Notes under the pieces: generated by a model | Database searches by the model: none | The model's input: only the letters and a program-made list of their open reading frames with translations | Told to the model about the DNA's origin: nothing | Part shown: piece by piece, positions 1 through 29,062 of the stretch | Layout: the number at the start of each line of letters is the position of its first letter | Position numbering within the stretch: position 1 is the first letter of the stretch | Assembly (NCBI RefSeq): GCF_000485595.1 | Contig: NW_014577076.1 | Span: 980,647 to 1,044,646 of the forward strand | Reading direction: 5' to 3' | Source: Priapulus caudatus | Lineage: Eukaryota | Length of the DNA: 64,000 nt | Position numbers and translations under genes: made by a program

Positions 1-2484
1 ATATATATATATATATATATATATGCAGTAGCAGTCTTATTATTGTCAGAGAGAAATGATAAAGCATCATTAAGACATTTGATAATCAACATGAGCAACA
101 TCGTCATTGGGGTTCTATGTATATTTTATGATAGTGCCTTCTGCTCGGACGGCTGCATATGATATATGCACCATGTGGAAGCGTGCTTCCGGTATACAAC
201 GTGGCATTACCATATTGCGAAATTCGCAGTTGTAGGACGCAAAGTCGCATTGTATTAGCGACACTTCGACGGTATGTTTGCATTCATAGTTTTAACTTTA
301 CAAGTGTAAAAAACAGCTGTGAAGTTTCAGTGTTAACGTAATTGTATGCGCTGCCGCGAATACGATGTGCAACTTTGCATTGCGCATTATTGTCAACGCA
401 ATTGCGCGCGATATGCCACCTTCGCAACGTGGTAATGCATCGTCGTATGGCGGGTGGATCAATGCGTCCATGTATGATTGTTATGGCCCTACTAGGCGCG
501 GGAACTATAGCAAGTGCAACGCGTGCGCACAGACACAGTATGCGTACGTGCCTCGATATACGGGCAAAGTTTGTATTTACCTACCTTATATATAGCGACG
601 CTCGTCTGAAATAATGCACCTAATTTCGACACGTTCCTGTCATCGGCGATCCTGTGGTCCGGGCTGGCGATGAAACTCGTGCAGGAACACGTACGTTGAC
701 GGGGAACAGTAGTGCTCATTAACGCACTGCACGCCTCAGCTACTCGCTGCGCGGGAATGTCTCGGAAAGATAAGTGGTTCCAGTGGCCAATTGAGTATTC
801 GCACACCTAACGGGCACACGGAGAGAACTACGCACTAGCGGCCAACCGCAAGCAAGGATATCTGCTACCGCTTTGGAAAAGAACAGAAGTGCTGAATGTT
901 ATATTAATGTGCAGGACGATTTATCACATAGAGGCGTATCGTTGCCGTCGGGGCGCACATGTGCAGTTCGTAACAAATGACGAAAACGTGATTAGTGGCT
1001 ACAGATCGGTGTACACTCGGCGGCGGGTTAGTTATTTTGAAATCATAAAAGCTAAAGATATATATGTCAAGATCATTATTTAAGGTCAGACGTGAAAAAC
1101 ATTTCACGCTGTGTGTGTTATATCAGTGTATATCGCCGCGTTATTTACACACCAGCAAAACATATTATAATTAGACAGACACTCAATCGCGTACAACACA
1201 TGTACTATATGCTCTCCTGACACGCCTCTAAGCGCGTAGTACGCGTGTATTATTGATACATAATTACCAATTCATTTCCAATATTGCAAAAGTCAAGACG
1301 ATGCATGTTTTCGTTCAGTTAAAGCTTTATTAGCAAGACACAATTCTGTAATATAGCACTATGCTATCATGCAAATTTAATACGAGTTCCGTCCAGTTCC
1401 TTTGTTGGTGGATAAGATCGTCTATGAAGTAATTCAGCGATGTGCCTTATTACGATACCAAGCGAAACAGTTGCTTATGTTGGCATGTGTACTTTAATAT
1501 GCAACCTTCGCAAACATTCAGCACTGCTTTGGCGGAATTCGTAATATAGTTTGTAACACATTTAAGCCACGCATCCATATACCTGCTCTTCTACCGTTAT
1601 CTCTTTCCGCCATGAGGATGAACTTCCATTCTGTTTTTGCGTCGGCTCGCGAACCTCGATTTACTATGACTACCTATAGCGCTCCGAGCGGCGATATTTA
1701 GCGTCAACAAATTTGAGCAGAGCTCGTTACGAAATGAGAAAAACTAACGATTAATTATAATGAATAAGAGTCAACAAACATTGTTATTCTAAGTCACGCG
1801 GAAACCTTTATCGAGTCAGTCACCTTTTCTACTAGCTGGTACGTTGCTGCCATGCTTTTGTGATGTGACACCCCGATACACGAATGCTGAAGCTAGCATG
1901 ATTACTTCCACTTAAACATCTATCTCGCCAGCATCTAACACGCGGACGCCACATTCATGCTTACTCTTCAACTTATACAATGTACGTTATCCCTAATTTC
2001 TAACAAGTCTAGTCTATATTAGCATAAAAGAAAACATGTTCACGGAATGCTAAAAATTTAATAAATAAATAAATAAATATATCTGTATTTACAACATAAA
2101 CACGGTTTGGGAGTTATGTACGATTGTATCAGATATCGGACGCGCACTACATAGCGAAGCAAAGACAAATCGTTTAAAGTGACGATCAGGTTGACCTTGT
2201 TTCGTTCACACATAGCAAATCTATTCAACAAGCGATAAAATCGCGAAAAAATATATAAACAGCGAAATTTGAACAGGGCTCAGCATATAACATCGGAGGT
2301 AATAGTATTTACTTCAAGCATAGAGCCGCAACATATACGCATATATATAAGTCCTGCTCCTGCACGTTTTATCCCAACAGTTATCAATTTCAAATCCATA
2401 TACGACATCGTTTAGTTAACGCGAAATATCCGAGCCTTTAGACATTGAAGTAAGTAGGCAGATGTTCTGGGACGTTGTTTTGCC

Positions 2485-17560
<15,076 letters not shown>

Positions 17561-18913
17561 GTTCGAGATGGCGACTAGCTAACCGACAAGGGATGTGCAC
17601 ATCCAATCCGCATACACGCGCGCTAGTACCGGCTTCTGTCAGCGATGTCTTCTTCTCTTTCTCGTCGACGTTGCTCCGCGTGATATCAGTTATATCGTTG
17701 CATAGATGTGTCAGTAATATCGTTGTCGTGATCGAGCTGCTAGCGACGGTCTTAGGCAACAGACGTGACTGTCATGACGTTCGGTCGGCTATCGTCTGCC
17801 GCACATGAAGCACGTGCACGTGTATATACACAGACGCTCACACCTAGCAATTATCGCGCATGTTGCGACGCTGGTATATCCTAACCGTCCGACACACGCG
17901 TCGCTTATATATTCGGACGTGTACGAAAGGTTCCGCCCAATTTGATTGATAACGCGGTCGGCGCGTGCAAGATTCGAGGACTCAGACGCGATGACAGACT
18001 GACATGCGTAGAAGCTGCAAACTACTAGTAAGCGGCACGCTGAGGCACTACGTGTATCCGCTAACGTTGTCTCGGCAAAGATGCTAACATGACATCACGT
18101 CGCACTGCATGTTCCGCGAGATATCCGGCCAGACTGCAAGTCGGCTGTCCAGCATTATCACGAAAGCAAATATATAGCGTTTGCTAGCTGCGTTACTTGT
18201 GTTTGTATACATATCTAAGCACATCACGCGTGCGTAGACGCAATCGGAGAGCGTATCCTTGGCAGCTGGGCATGTGATGGGCCTCTATACTCCCGAGGCC
18301 GCTGGAAGTCGCGCGGCACGCGGTAGCAAGTTACACCTACGTCCACATCAACAGACCTCTGTAGTTACGCCCTAGCGCTCAGCCGTCTACTGTAACGAGA
18401 GAGAATATGTCGTCCTCGCCCCGCATGCGTCAGAGTTGTCACACGGATGTACGCGGACCTATTTTCGAATCGAATAAGCTGTTCTTGCATAGATGACGTT
18501 GCATCAATTAACTAATCGTGTGTGCGGCCGTAGGAGGATGAATGCGGGTTTGCATAGTAACGATGTATGCGTCAGTCAACAGATGCGATGCTACATGGTC
18601 ACACCGACACCACTATCGCCCCTGCTTCTGCACACAACCCGCACAACCTGCAGCGGCTGCTACTCACGCGGGAAGTCTATAAGCGCTATTCATTTACAAC
18701 GCGCGATAACATGAGCGACCACAGACCTTCTATCGCGATCTCTATCTCTATCTGCTTCTATGTCTATATCAATATTTATATATCTATATATATCGACTTA
18801 TGCCTATATCTATATCTATTTGTATGTTATATGTCGTTTATACCCAAGAGATAGAAGGTATTTGTGGACCATTGAACCGATTTGTGTGATTATATATTAA
18901 CATGACTGTATAT

Positions 18914-19075
18914 CAGTGGTTCTTAACCGTTTTTGAGTCATGGACCCCATTGAGAATCTGGTGAAAGCTACGGACCCCTCCCCAGAAAAATGCACATAAG
19001 TACATAAACACAACGTTTTTATGCGCTTGGTTTACGGACTCCCTGAAGCCCATCCACGGACCACAGGTTAAGCTG
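18914..19075. mobile_element. hAT/Charlie-type MITE
   Basis: Left end CAGTGGTTCTTAACC; right end ..CAGGTTAAG (terminus eroded); internal GGACCCC motifs. Confidence 0.75.
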
Positions 19076-19357
19076 TGTAAAATAGAAGCCGAGTGTGACG
19101 TACTCATCCATTCACGTCGCTGTGAATTCAAGCGGTCGAGAATAGATTCCCTGCAGGAAGCAAACAATGAACATAAATAACTTATTACTGCATGTGATAT
19201 ATGTGAGATGAAAGCACCACAGAACTTAGTGTAGTTATGTATGGGCTTTGTATAAATACGGACCACACTATTATAATAAATTGTATAAAATGATAAAATG
19301 ATTTTATACACTTATATCCATACAATTGAATTTGATAAAGTTGAGTTACATTATATA

Positions 19358-19682
<325 letters not shown>

Positions 19683-19747
19683 TATTTTACATGCTTTTAC
19701 CGATCAAAGTAAACTCAGACTGCAGATTAATGTTGACAGCTGATAAA

Positions 19748-20804
19748 TCTATATTATAAGAGAGGAGACGCCGATTTTCTAACGCGGTAATTTTCGCCGC
19801 GGTGAGCATTAAGCCCACGCCACCGATCTCAGTGTATAGCCCGTGTGTCGGACACCAACATGGGCTTATCCATATTTGTAGATATAATGACGATAAATAG
19901 GCCTTAATACGGGCGATAATTTTAGCAGTGGGGTGATGTCAGAAAGGTAGAACAGCCGAATTCCCGCGAATGTAGCCATCTAGCGGACAAAAGCCAAAAC
20001 TTTGTTAATACCAGGTTAAATTATGCGAAATTTATACTTTTTTTTATTATGCACTCAGTTGTCAGTTGAGTCTCAAAAGCAGCACAACACACACTTTTAG
20101 TGGTTCATTTTCGTTCATTTGTATTTTTAAAATTGTAATTTGGCTGTGTATACATTCGGATATAATGTATAACATCGGATTTAATGTATGAATTAAGTTT
20201 CAGGGTCTATTCATCTTTTTGATAATGTCATCTATGAAGACTTCACTGGTGCAGAACTCTGCCAAATTGACTAATTTGGTTCAAATGAGGTGATATCCAT
20301 ACGTTTGGTGAAATATTTAATTTTTTAAATCACTGTATCAAATAAGTATTTTACGATGAAAGTGACCCTGAACTGATACCGTGCTATATTGACGGGTTTA
20401 GTTGATTGACTTATGTATTTAGTTTAATTTAGTTTTCATGTAATATTTTGATGTAAAGCGAATCCCAATGATAAGAGAGACACGTGACAGATGTCACCAA
20501 TTGTGTATTTAAATAGCGAGACGAGGCTTGCAAAGCCAGAGAGGCATATATTCATAATAACTTGGCGCAATTTCATAACAATGTTGTATATACAGAAGCT
20601 TTGACTACACAGAATCATAGAATCGTTCTAACTATTTTTGTCAGAATAATGCTTACTGTTTGTTTCTCTGTTACGATTCTATCCTTAGAACTAAGTAAAA
20701 AAGTAAGAAAATATTTTAGAATTAAGTAAGTGTATGTGGCTGAATTTGCTCTTAAAATTTGTTCCTACGCGTTTTTCCCCGAGCAACGCCGGGTACCAGG
20801 CTAG
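19748..20804 (+). mobile_element. Non-autonomous Helitron
   Basis: 5' TCTATATTATAAG after an A; 3' hairpin CCCG-agcaacgc-CGGG, then CTAG followed by a T; no TSD. Confidence 0.8.
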
Positions 20805-21021
20805 TATGTAATAAGCCTTGTCACACGCAATAAATGCTCCCATTCATTTTCCTCCAAAGGCCCCACACAGAATTAACGTGTTGCTGGTGTATGATCCGTT
20901 ATTACTACGTTAGGACTATAGGCCTAATTATATTAATTAACAGAAGCTTTATGATTATGAATGATGACCGTGTAATGCCGGTTGACTAGTTGAAAAGATT
21001 GCCCGGGATTATGATATAGTC

Positions 21022-22225
<1,204 letters not shown>

Positions 22226-23660
22226 GAGGTGCTTTCTATATTGGTCCTATCAATAACAAACATGATTTTATTTTTACCGTCCATGATAGTGAATCTCTAT
22301 CAGTACGATCGATCATCAGGGCGGCTGTGCTAACATGCTGCGTATACGTTACAACTCTGCATGGAGCGTCGCAGCGACGCCGACAATGTCAGAGTCGCAA
22401 ACGCGCGTTTATAATTAGCTATTTTCAAAAAGCAAATAAACGTCTTCGTTTATTTATGGGGATAATATTTGTTTTGATGAGTGCAAAGACCCACATTACT
22501 CCCCCCTCCACGGGTTTCGCACGCGCGAGCCAAAGCCCTGACGCAGCGCTATACAGGCTGATATCACTGCTGATATGCGGACTCATCTACTGTAATGGTA
22601 CTTGAACTATATATAGCTGATAGCATCTTACTGTTGCTTGATTTCGTAGCACACGTTTGAAATCCTGCGCTAGACGGCGATAATGTAGTTGTGGCGACGA
22701 TTTATTAGGTTATGTAGGCTCTGCGTTCTAGTTATTACCATGGCTACAACGACTACTCAGGCAGCCCTGCTCTAATTGCTGCGTGGAATGGGTGAGATGC
22801 CGTAGCTACAATTATATCACTTATTGGCGTCAAGCCATTTAAAAAATAAATTAACCGGAACCGAGCACATTTAATGGAATTTTTTTGATAAAATGCGGCG
22901 AACATAATTATTACAATTTCTAGCTGCCAACCCGAAATTAAGAAATGGAAGTCCAGTTGAGCTTGAAAACACGCAATTTGAATTGAATTTTAAAATCAAT
23001 TACTTACGCCTACGAGCGTACCCAGTCGTGTGCGAGAGAAATGTACTGGAACTAAACCAGTCGGTCCTATTTTACTGGATGTAAAAATAGTTACGATGCC
23101 ATTGCGGATCAGCGGAGAATATGGCTCCAGTCCAAGGGAGGAACAGCGCGTGGTCCCGCTGGCCTGTAATACCTCAAGGCTTACATGCACGTTGCAGAAA
23201 ATCTCATAAGATCAGTGGGCGTATACCACACAGTGACGTACACGGTACCGGTGCCGGAAAACTAAGCCTTCTTTGGGTCGCGAATCGCTGTCCGCCTATT
23301 TGCAACCAACAATGCTCGAGCGGTATCAGTGAGCGGGCGTGGTGCCGAGGCTGCATGCGTAATAACACTTATAGTGAAGACCTAGTAGATTTTAACCAGC
23401 GTGAGTAATTAGAGTTATTGTGCGATAATTTGTAATTTCCCACCACGTAATGAGATATATGAAATTTGTACGCGCATAATAAATGGTTAGTTGGTTAGGT
23501 TTGTTATTAAAAGCAAGATTACAGCACATTCCGCTCAGAGCCTATATTATGTTTTTCTTAAAATGAAACTACCCGAAACCAGCGCCCACGCAAAGCGGAA
23601 ATACTACACGCATCTCCCCGCAAGATGAAAACCTAATGGATTTTAACAAGTGCAGTAATG

Positions 23661-26600
23661 GTGCAGGGTGTCACGTGGTGGTTGGTAATTGTGCAGAGTG
23701 TCACGTGGTGGTGGATAATTGTGCAGGGTGTCACGTGGTAGTGAGTAATTGTGCAGGATGTCACGTGGTGGTGGGTAATTGTGCAGGATGTCACGTGGTG
23801 GTGGGTAATTGTGCAGGGTGTCACGTGGTGGTGGGTAATTGTGCAGGGTGTCACGTGGTGGTGGGTAATTGTGCAGGGTGTCACGTGGTGGTGGGTAATT
23901 GTGCAGGGGGTGACGTGGGCAGGAGTCAGTGGTGGGTGGGTAATTGTGGCAGGAAGTGTCAGCGTGGTGGTTGGTAATTGTGGCACGGGTGTCACGTGGT
24001 GGTGAGTAATTGTGGCAGGTGTCACTGGTGGTGGGTAATTGTGGCAGGGTGTCACGGCTGGTGAGTATTGGTGCAGGTGTCAGTGGTGGTTGAGTAATTG
24101 TGCAAGGGTTGTCACGTGGTGGTGGGTAATTGTGCAGGAGGGTGTCCGTGTGGTGGTAATTGTGCAGGGGTGTCACGTGTGTGAGTAATTGTGCAGGGGT
24201 GTCATGTGTGGTGGGTAATTGGTGCAGGTGTCACGTGTGTGGGTAATGGTGGCGGATGATCACGTTGGTGGTGGGTAATTGTGCAGGTGTCACGTGTGGT
24301 TGGTAATTGTGCAAGGGTGTCAACCGTGGTGGTGAGTAATTGTGGCAGGGTGTCACGTGTGGTGGGTAATTGTGGCAGGGTGTCAACGCTGGTGGTGAGT
24401 ATTTGTGCAAGGGTGTCAGCGTGGTGGTGGGTAAGTTGTGGCAGGGCTGTCACGTGGTGGTGCAGTAATTGGTGCAGGGTGTCACGTGGTGAGTGGGTAA
24501 TGTGTGCAGGGTGTACGTGGTGTGGGTAATTGTGCCAGGGTGTCACGTGGGTGGTGGGTAATTGTGCAGGTGTCACGTGGTGGTTGGGGTAATTGTGCGG
24601 GTGTTCACAGTGGTGGTGGGTAATTGTGCAGGGTGTCAGCGTGGTGGTGGTAATTGTGCAGGGTGGTCCACGTGTGTGGGTACTTGTGGCAGGGTGTCAC
24701 GTGGGTAGTGGGTAATTGTGCAGGGTGTCACGTGTGGTGGTAATTGTGGCAGGGCATCACGTGTGGTGGCTAATTGGTGGCAGGGTGTCACGTGTGGTGG
24801 GTAATTGTTGGCAGGGTCTCCCGTGAGTGTGGGGTAATTGTGCAGGGTGTCACTGTGGTGGTGAGTAATTGTGCAGGATGTCACGGTGGTGGTGGGTAAT
24901 TGTGCAGGGTGTCACGTGGTGGTGGGTAATTGTGCAGGGTGTCAGTGGTGGTAGGTAAATTGTGCAGGGTCTCGACGTGGTGGTGGGTATTGTTGCAGGG
25001 TGTCACGTGGTGGTGGTAATTGTGGCAGGTGCCTCACGGGTGGGTGGGTATTGTGCAGCGGTGTCAGCGTGGTGGGTGGGTAATTGTGGCAGCGTGTCAG
25101 CGTGGTGTGTTATTTTGTGCAGGGTGTCAGCGGTGGTGTTTGGTAATTGTAGCAGGTGTCACGTGGTGGTGGGTTAATTGTGCAGGGTGTCACGTGGGGG
25201 GGGGTTTTGGGGGGTTTTGGTATGTGCAGGGTGTCACGTGGTGGTGGGTAATTGTGGGAGCAGTGGTGTCAGGTGTAGTGGGTTAATTGTGCAGGGTGTC
25301 ACGTGGTGTGGGTAATTGTGCGGGGCATCAGCGTGGTGGTGGTATTGTTAGGGTGTTCACGTGTGGGGTAATTCGTGCAGGGTCTCAGTGGTGTGGGTAT
25401 TGTGCAGGGTGTCAGTGGTAGTGGTAATTGCTGGGCAGGGTGTCACGTGGTGGTGGGTAATTGTGCAGGCATTCACGTGGTGGTGGGTAATTGGTGGCAG
25501 GGTGTCACGTGGTGGTGGGTAATTGTGGCAGGGTGGTCACGGTGGTGGTGGGTAATTGTGGCAGGGTGTCAGCGTGGTGGTGGGTAATTGTGCATGGTGT
25601 CACGTGGTGGTGGGTAATTGTGCAGGGTGAGGTTGGTGGTGGGTAATTGTCAGGGCTGTACGTCGGTGGTGGGTAATTGTGCGGGTGTCACGTGGTGGTT
25701 GATGTAATTGTGCAGGGTGTCACGTGGTGGTGGGTAATTGTTGGCGGTTGTCACGTGGCTGGGTGGGTAATTGTGGCAGGATTGTCAGTTGTGGTGGTAA
25801 TTGTGCAGGATGTCACGATGGTGGGTCGGGTAATTGTGGAGGAGTGGTCACGTGGATGGTGGGGTAATTGTGCAGGGTGTCACGTGGTGGTTGAGTAATT
25901 GTGCAGGGTGTCACGTGGTGGTGGGTAATTGTGGGCAGGGTGTCCACGTGGTGGTCGGGATAATTGTGCAGGGGTGTCACCGTGGTGGTGGGTAACACAG
26001 TGCCAGGTGTCACGTGGGGGGTAATTGGTGGCAGGGTGTCACGTGTGGTGGGTAATTGTGCAGAGGTGTCACGTGGTGGTGGGTAATTCTGTGCAGGTGT
26101 CACGTGTGGTGGGTAATTGTGCAGGATGTCAGCGTGTGGTGGTACTTGTGCAGGGTGTCACGTGGTGGTGAGTAATTGTGGCAGGGTGTCACTGGTGGTG
26201 AGTAATTTGTGGCAGGGTGTCACGTGGTGGTGGTAATCGTGCAGGGCATCAGCGTGGTGGTGGGTAATTGTTGCAGGGTGTCACGTGGTGGTGGGTATTG
26301 TGCAGGGTGTCAGTGGTGGTGGTTTAATTGTGGGCAAGGTGTCGCGTGGTGGTGGTAATTGATGCAGGGTGTCAGCGTGGTGGTGGGTAAATTGTGGCAG
26401 GATGTCAGTGGCTGGTGGGTATTGTGGCAGCGGTGTCACGTGGTGGTGAGTATTGTGCGGTGTCACGTGTGGTGAGTAATTGTGGCGGATGTCACGTGTG
26501 GTGGGTATTGTGCAGGATGTCACGTGGTGGTGGGTATGTGCAGGATTGTCACGTGGTGGTGGGTATTGTGCAGGGTGTCACGTGGTGTGGGTAATTTGTG

Positions 26601-27580
26601 CATGGCATTCACGTGGTGGTGGGTAATTGTGCAGGATGTCACGTGGTGGTGGGTAATTGTGCAGCGATGTCACGTGGTGTGGGTAATTGTGGCAGGATGT
26701 CACGTGGTGGTGGGTAATTGTGGCAGGGTGTCCACGTGTGGTGGGTAAGTTGTGCAGGGTCTCAGTGTCGGTGGGTCAACTTGGTGGCAGGGGGTGTCAC
26801 GTGTGGTGGGTATGTCAGGGTGTCACGTGGTGGTGCGGTAATTAGTGCAGGAATGTTCACGTGGTGGTGGGTATTGTGCAGGGTGTGCACGTGTGGTGGT
26901 AATTGTGGAGGGTGGGGTCACGTAGTGGTGAGTAATTGTGGGCAGGGTGTCAGTGGTCAGTTGGGTAATTGGTGGCAGGGTGTCAGCGTGGCTGGTGGGT
27001 AATTGTGCAGCGGTGTCCGTGGTGTGAGTATTTTGTGCAGGATGCAGGGTGGGTGGTGAGTAATTGTGCAGGTGTCACGTGGTGATGGTATTGTGCAGGA
27101 TGTTCAGTGGTGTGGGTAATTTGTGCAGGGTGTCACGTGGGTGGTGGTAATTGTCAGGTGTCAGCGTGGTGGTGGGTAATTGTGCAGGATGTCAGCGTGG
27201 TGGGTGGGTACTTGGGTGGGCAGGGTGTCAGCGTGGTGGTGGGTAATTGTGCAGGTTGTCACGTGTAGTGGTAATTGTGCAGCGGTGTCCGTGGTGGTGG
27301 GTAAGTATGTGCAGGGTGTCAGAGTGTGGTGGGTATTGTGGGCAGGGGTGTCACGTGTAGTGGGTAATTGTGCAGCGGTGTGCACGTGGTGGTGGTATTT
27401 GTGGCAGGGTGTCACGTGGGTGGTGGGTTATTGTGGCAGGGTGTCAGTGGTGGTGGGTAATTGTGGCAGGCGGTGTCAGCGTGTGGTGGGTAATTGTGCA
27501 GGGTCACGTGTGGTGGGTAATTTGTGCAGGGTGTCACGTGGTGGTGGGTAACAGTATATGGTGTCATGTGGTGGTGGGTA
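23661..27580. repeat. 30-bp minisatellite GTGCAGGGTGTCACGTGGTGGTGGGTAATT, array 1
   Basis: Near-perfect 30-bp period at 23661-23908, indel-noisy after that. Confidence 0.97.
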
Positions 27581-29037
27581 TTCTAAAGAATATATGGAAC
27601 GCGTATAGACCTAAGAACGATGAACTCAAAAGTGTTAGGCTAGTAATAGAAAAACTATATTTTGCATTGGATTAATACGGCAATTGTAATATATTATTGT
27701 AATCGTAAAGGGTACAATGGCTGAATTGCAAACCTAACATATCCATACGCCTATACAACCCGCCGCAATAAGCCCTTTAGTTACAAGCTTAATAATACAA
27801 TGCGGCGTAAAGTACTGAGCTATATTGAGAGATAATTAATATCCGATTTGAATTTCGAAACATCAACAGCGCTATATAAAATATGCAATTGGTGTTCGTA
27901 AATCAAGAATTTATTTATCGCTAAAAATTCCGCATTTTGTAGACTCCAATTTGTTTTTTATTAACAAATCACCAACGAACAAATAGACCAGTAAGGAGAG
28001 CGCGCGGACTAGATCAAGCGTATCTTCAGGTCAGATGGACAACTAATGAATTAACCTTTACTCGACTAAAACAAAAATATCTCAGGCGAGCAAAGGACGC
28101 GAGCCATAATCAGTACAGCTGATCTCAAACACAAGACAGAAAAAATCTCAGGCTCCATCGTTCGTGTGGGCCGTGTCCTCAGGTACACTAGACTGCCCAG
28201 CCGTGGGCGCTGCCGGCATTCGAGGGCAGCCAGTCTTGGCGGAACACTGCGATTACCTCGTTCGATATGATTTCGCGCCAACACGCTTTGCTCCGTCACC
28301 GTACAGGCCATCCTGGGAGTTCGGTGTTCTGCCACGTAGACGGAATCTTCTCTAGAAATTGAGGCCCCAGGTATCGCTGAATCTGTGATCGGCATCTCAA
28401 AATAATATCGGAGAGATACATGCGCCGATAATGCCTTAATGACGAATAGTTAGGGTTATCGGACGGAGTACGACCGTAAAGGCAGAAGAAAGAATAGGGC
28501 AGAGTTGGGACCTAGAATTAATCATAAGATCTATAATATTACTAAAAAAAGAGTCCCTGAATTTTTTTAAAATGGCTCTAATTTAGGAAATGAATGAAAC
28601 GAAGATATAAAATTGAAGTGATTACAAACGCAACAATTCCCGTAAACAAAGCGCCATAACTGATAAAATAAACTTTTTTTTTAAAATGCCAGGACGATTT
28701 CTCTTGCTATGTTAGCATTGAAATAACAACATTATTGAATGAGAGTATGAGTTTCGAGAAATAGCGTTCTGAAAAATCAGGCAACTCAGCATTTCTACAA
28801 TCGGAGAATATTACACATTTGCTAATATTCCGATGATTGTATGCCTGTGTAATAATTGAACTCAGGGGGGTTGGAACTGGTTTGGGACCTACATACCATA
28901 ATTCTACGTATACAAGCTGCCATGGTAGGACCTAATCAAATAAAGTGGGTATTGAAATTTGAGCCGAAATCACCTCCCAACCTGACAAGTATCCTTATTG
29001 AACAGGAAATTGAGACGGCAGCAAAGAATGGATGAGA
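27560..29037 (-). pseudogene. Second indel-bearing duplicate of 39493-40952 with a broken copy of exon H, ending at an N gap
   Basis: Starts ggtgtcatgtggtggtgggtatt(c)ctaaagaatatatgg, as at 39493. Exon H remnant at about 28110-28395. Confidence 0.75.
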
Positions 29038-29062
29038 NNNNNNNNNNNNNNNNNNNNNNNNN

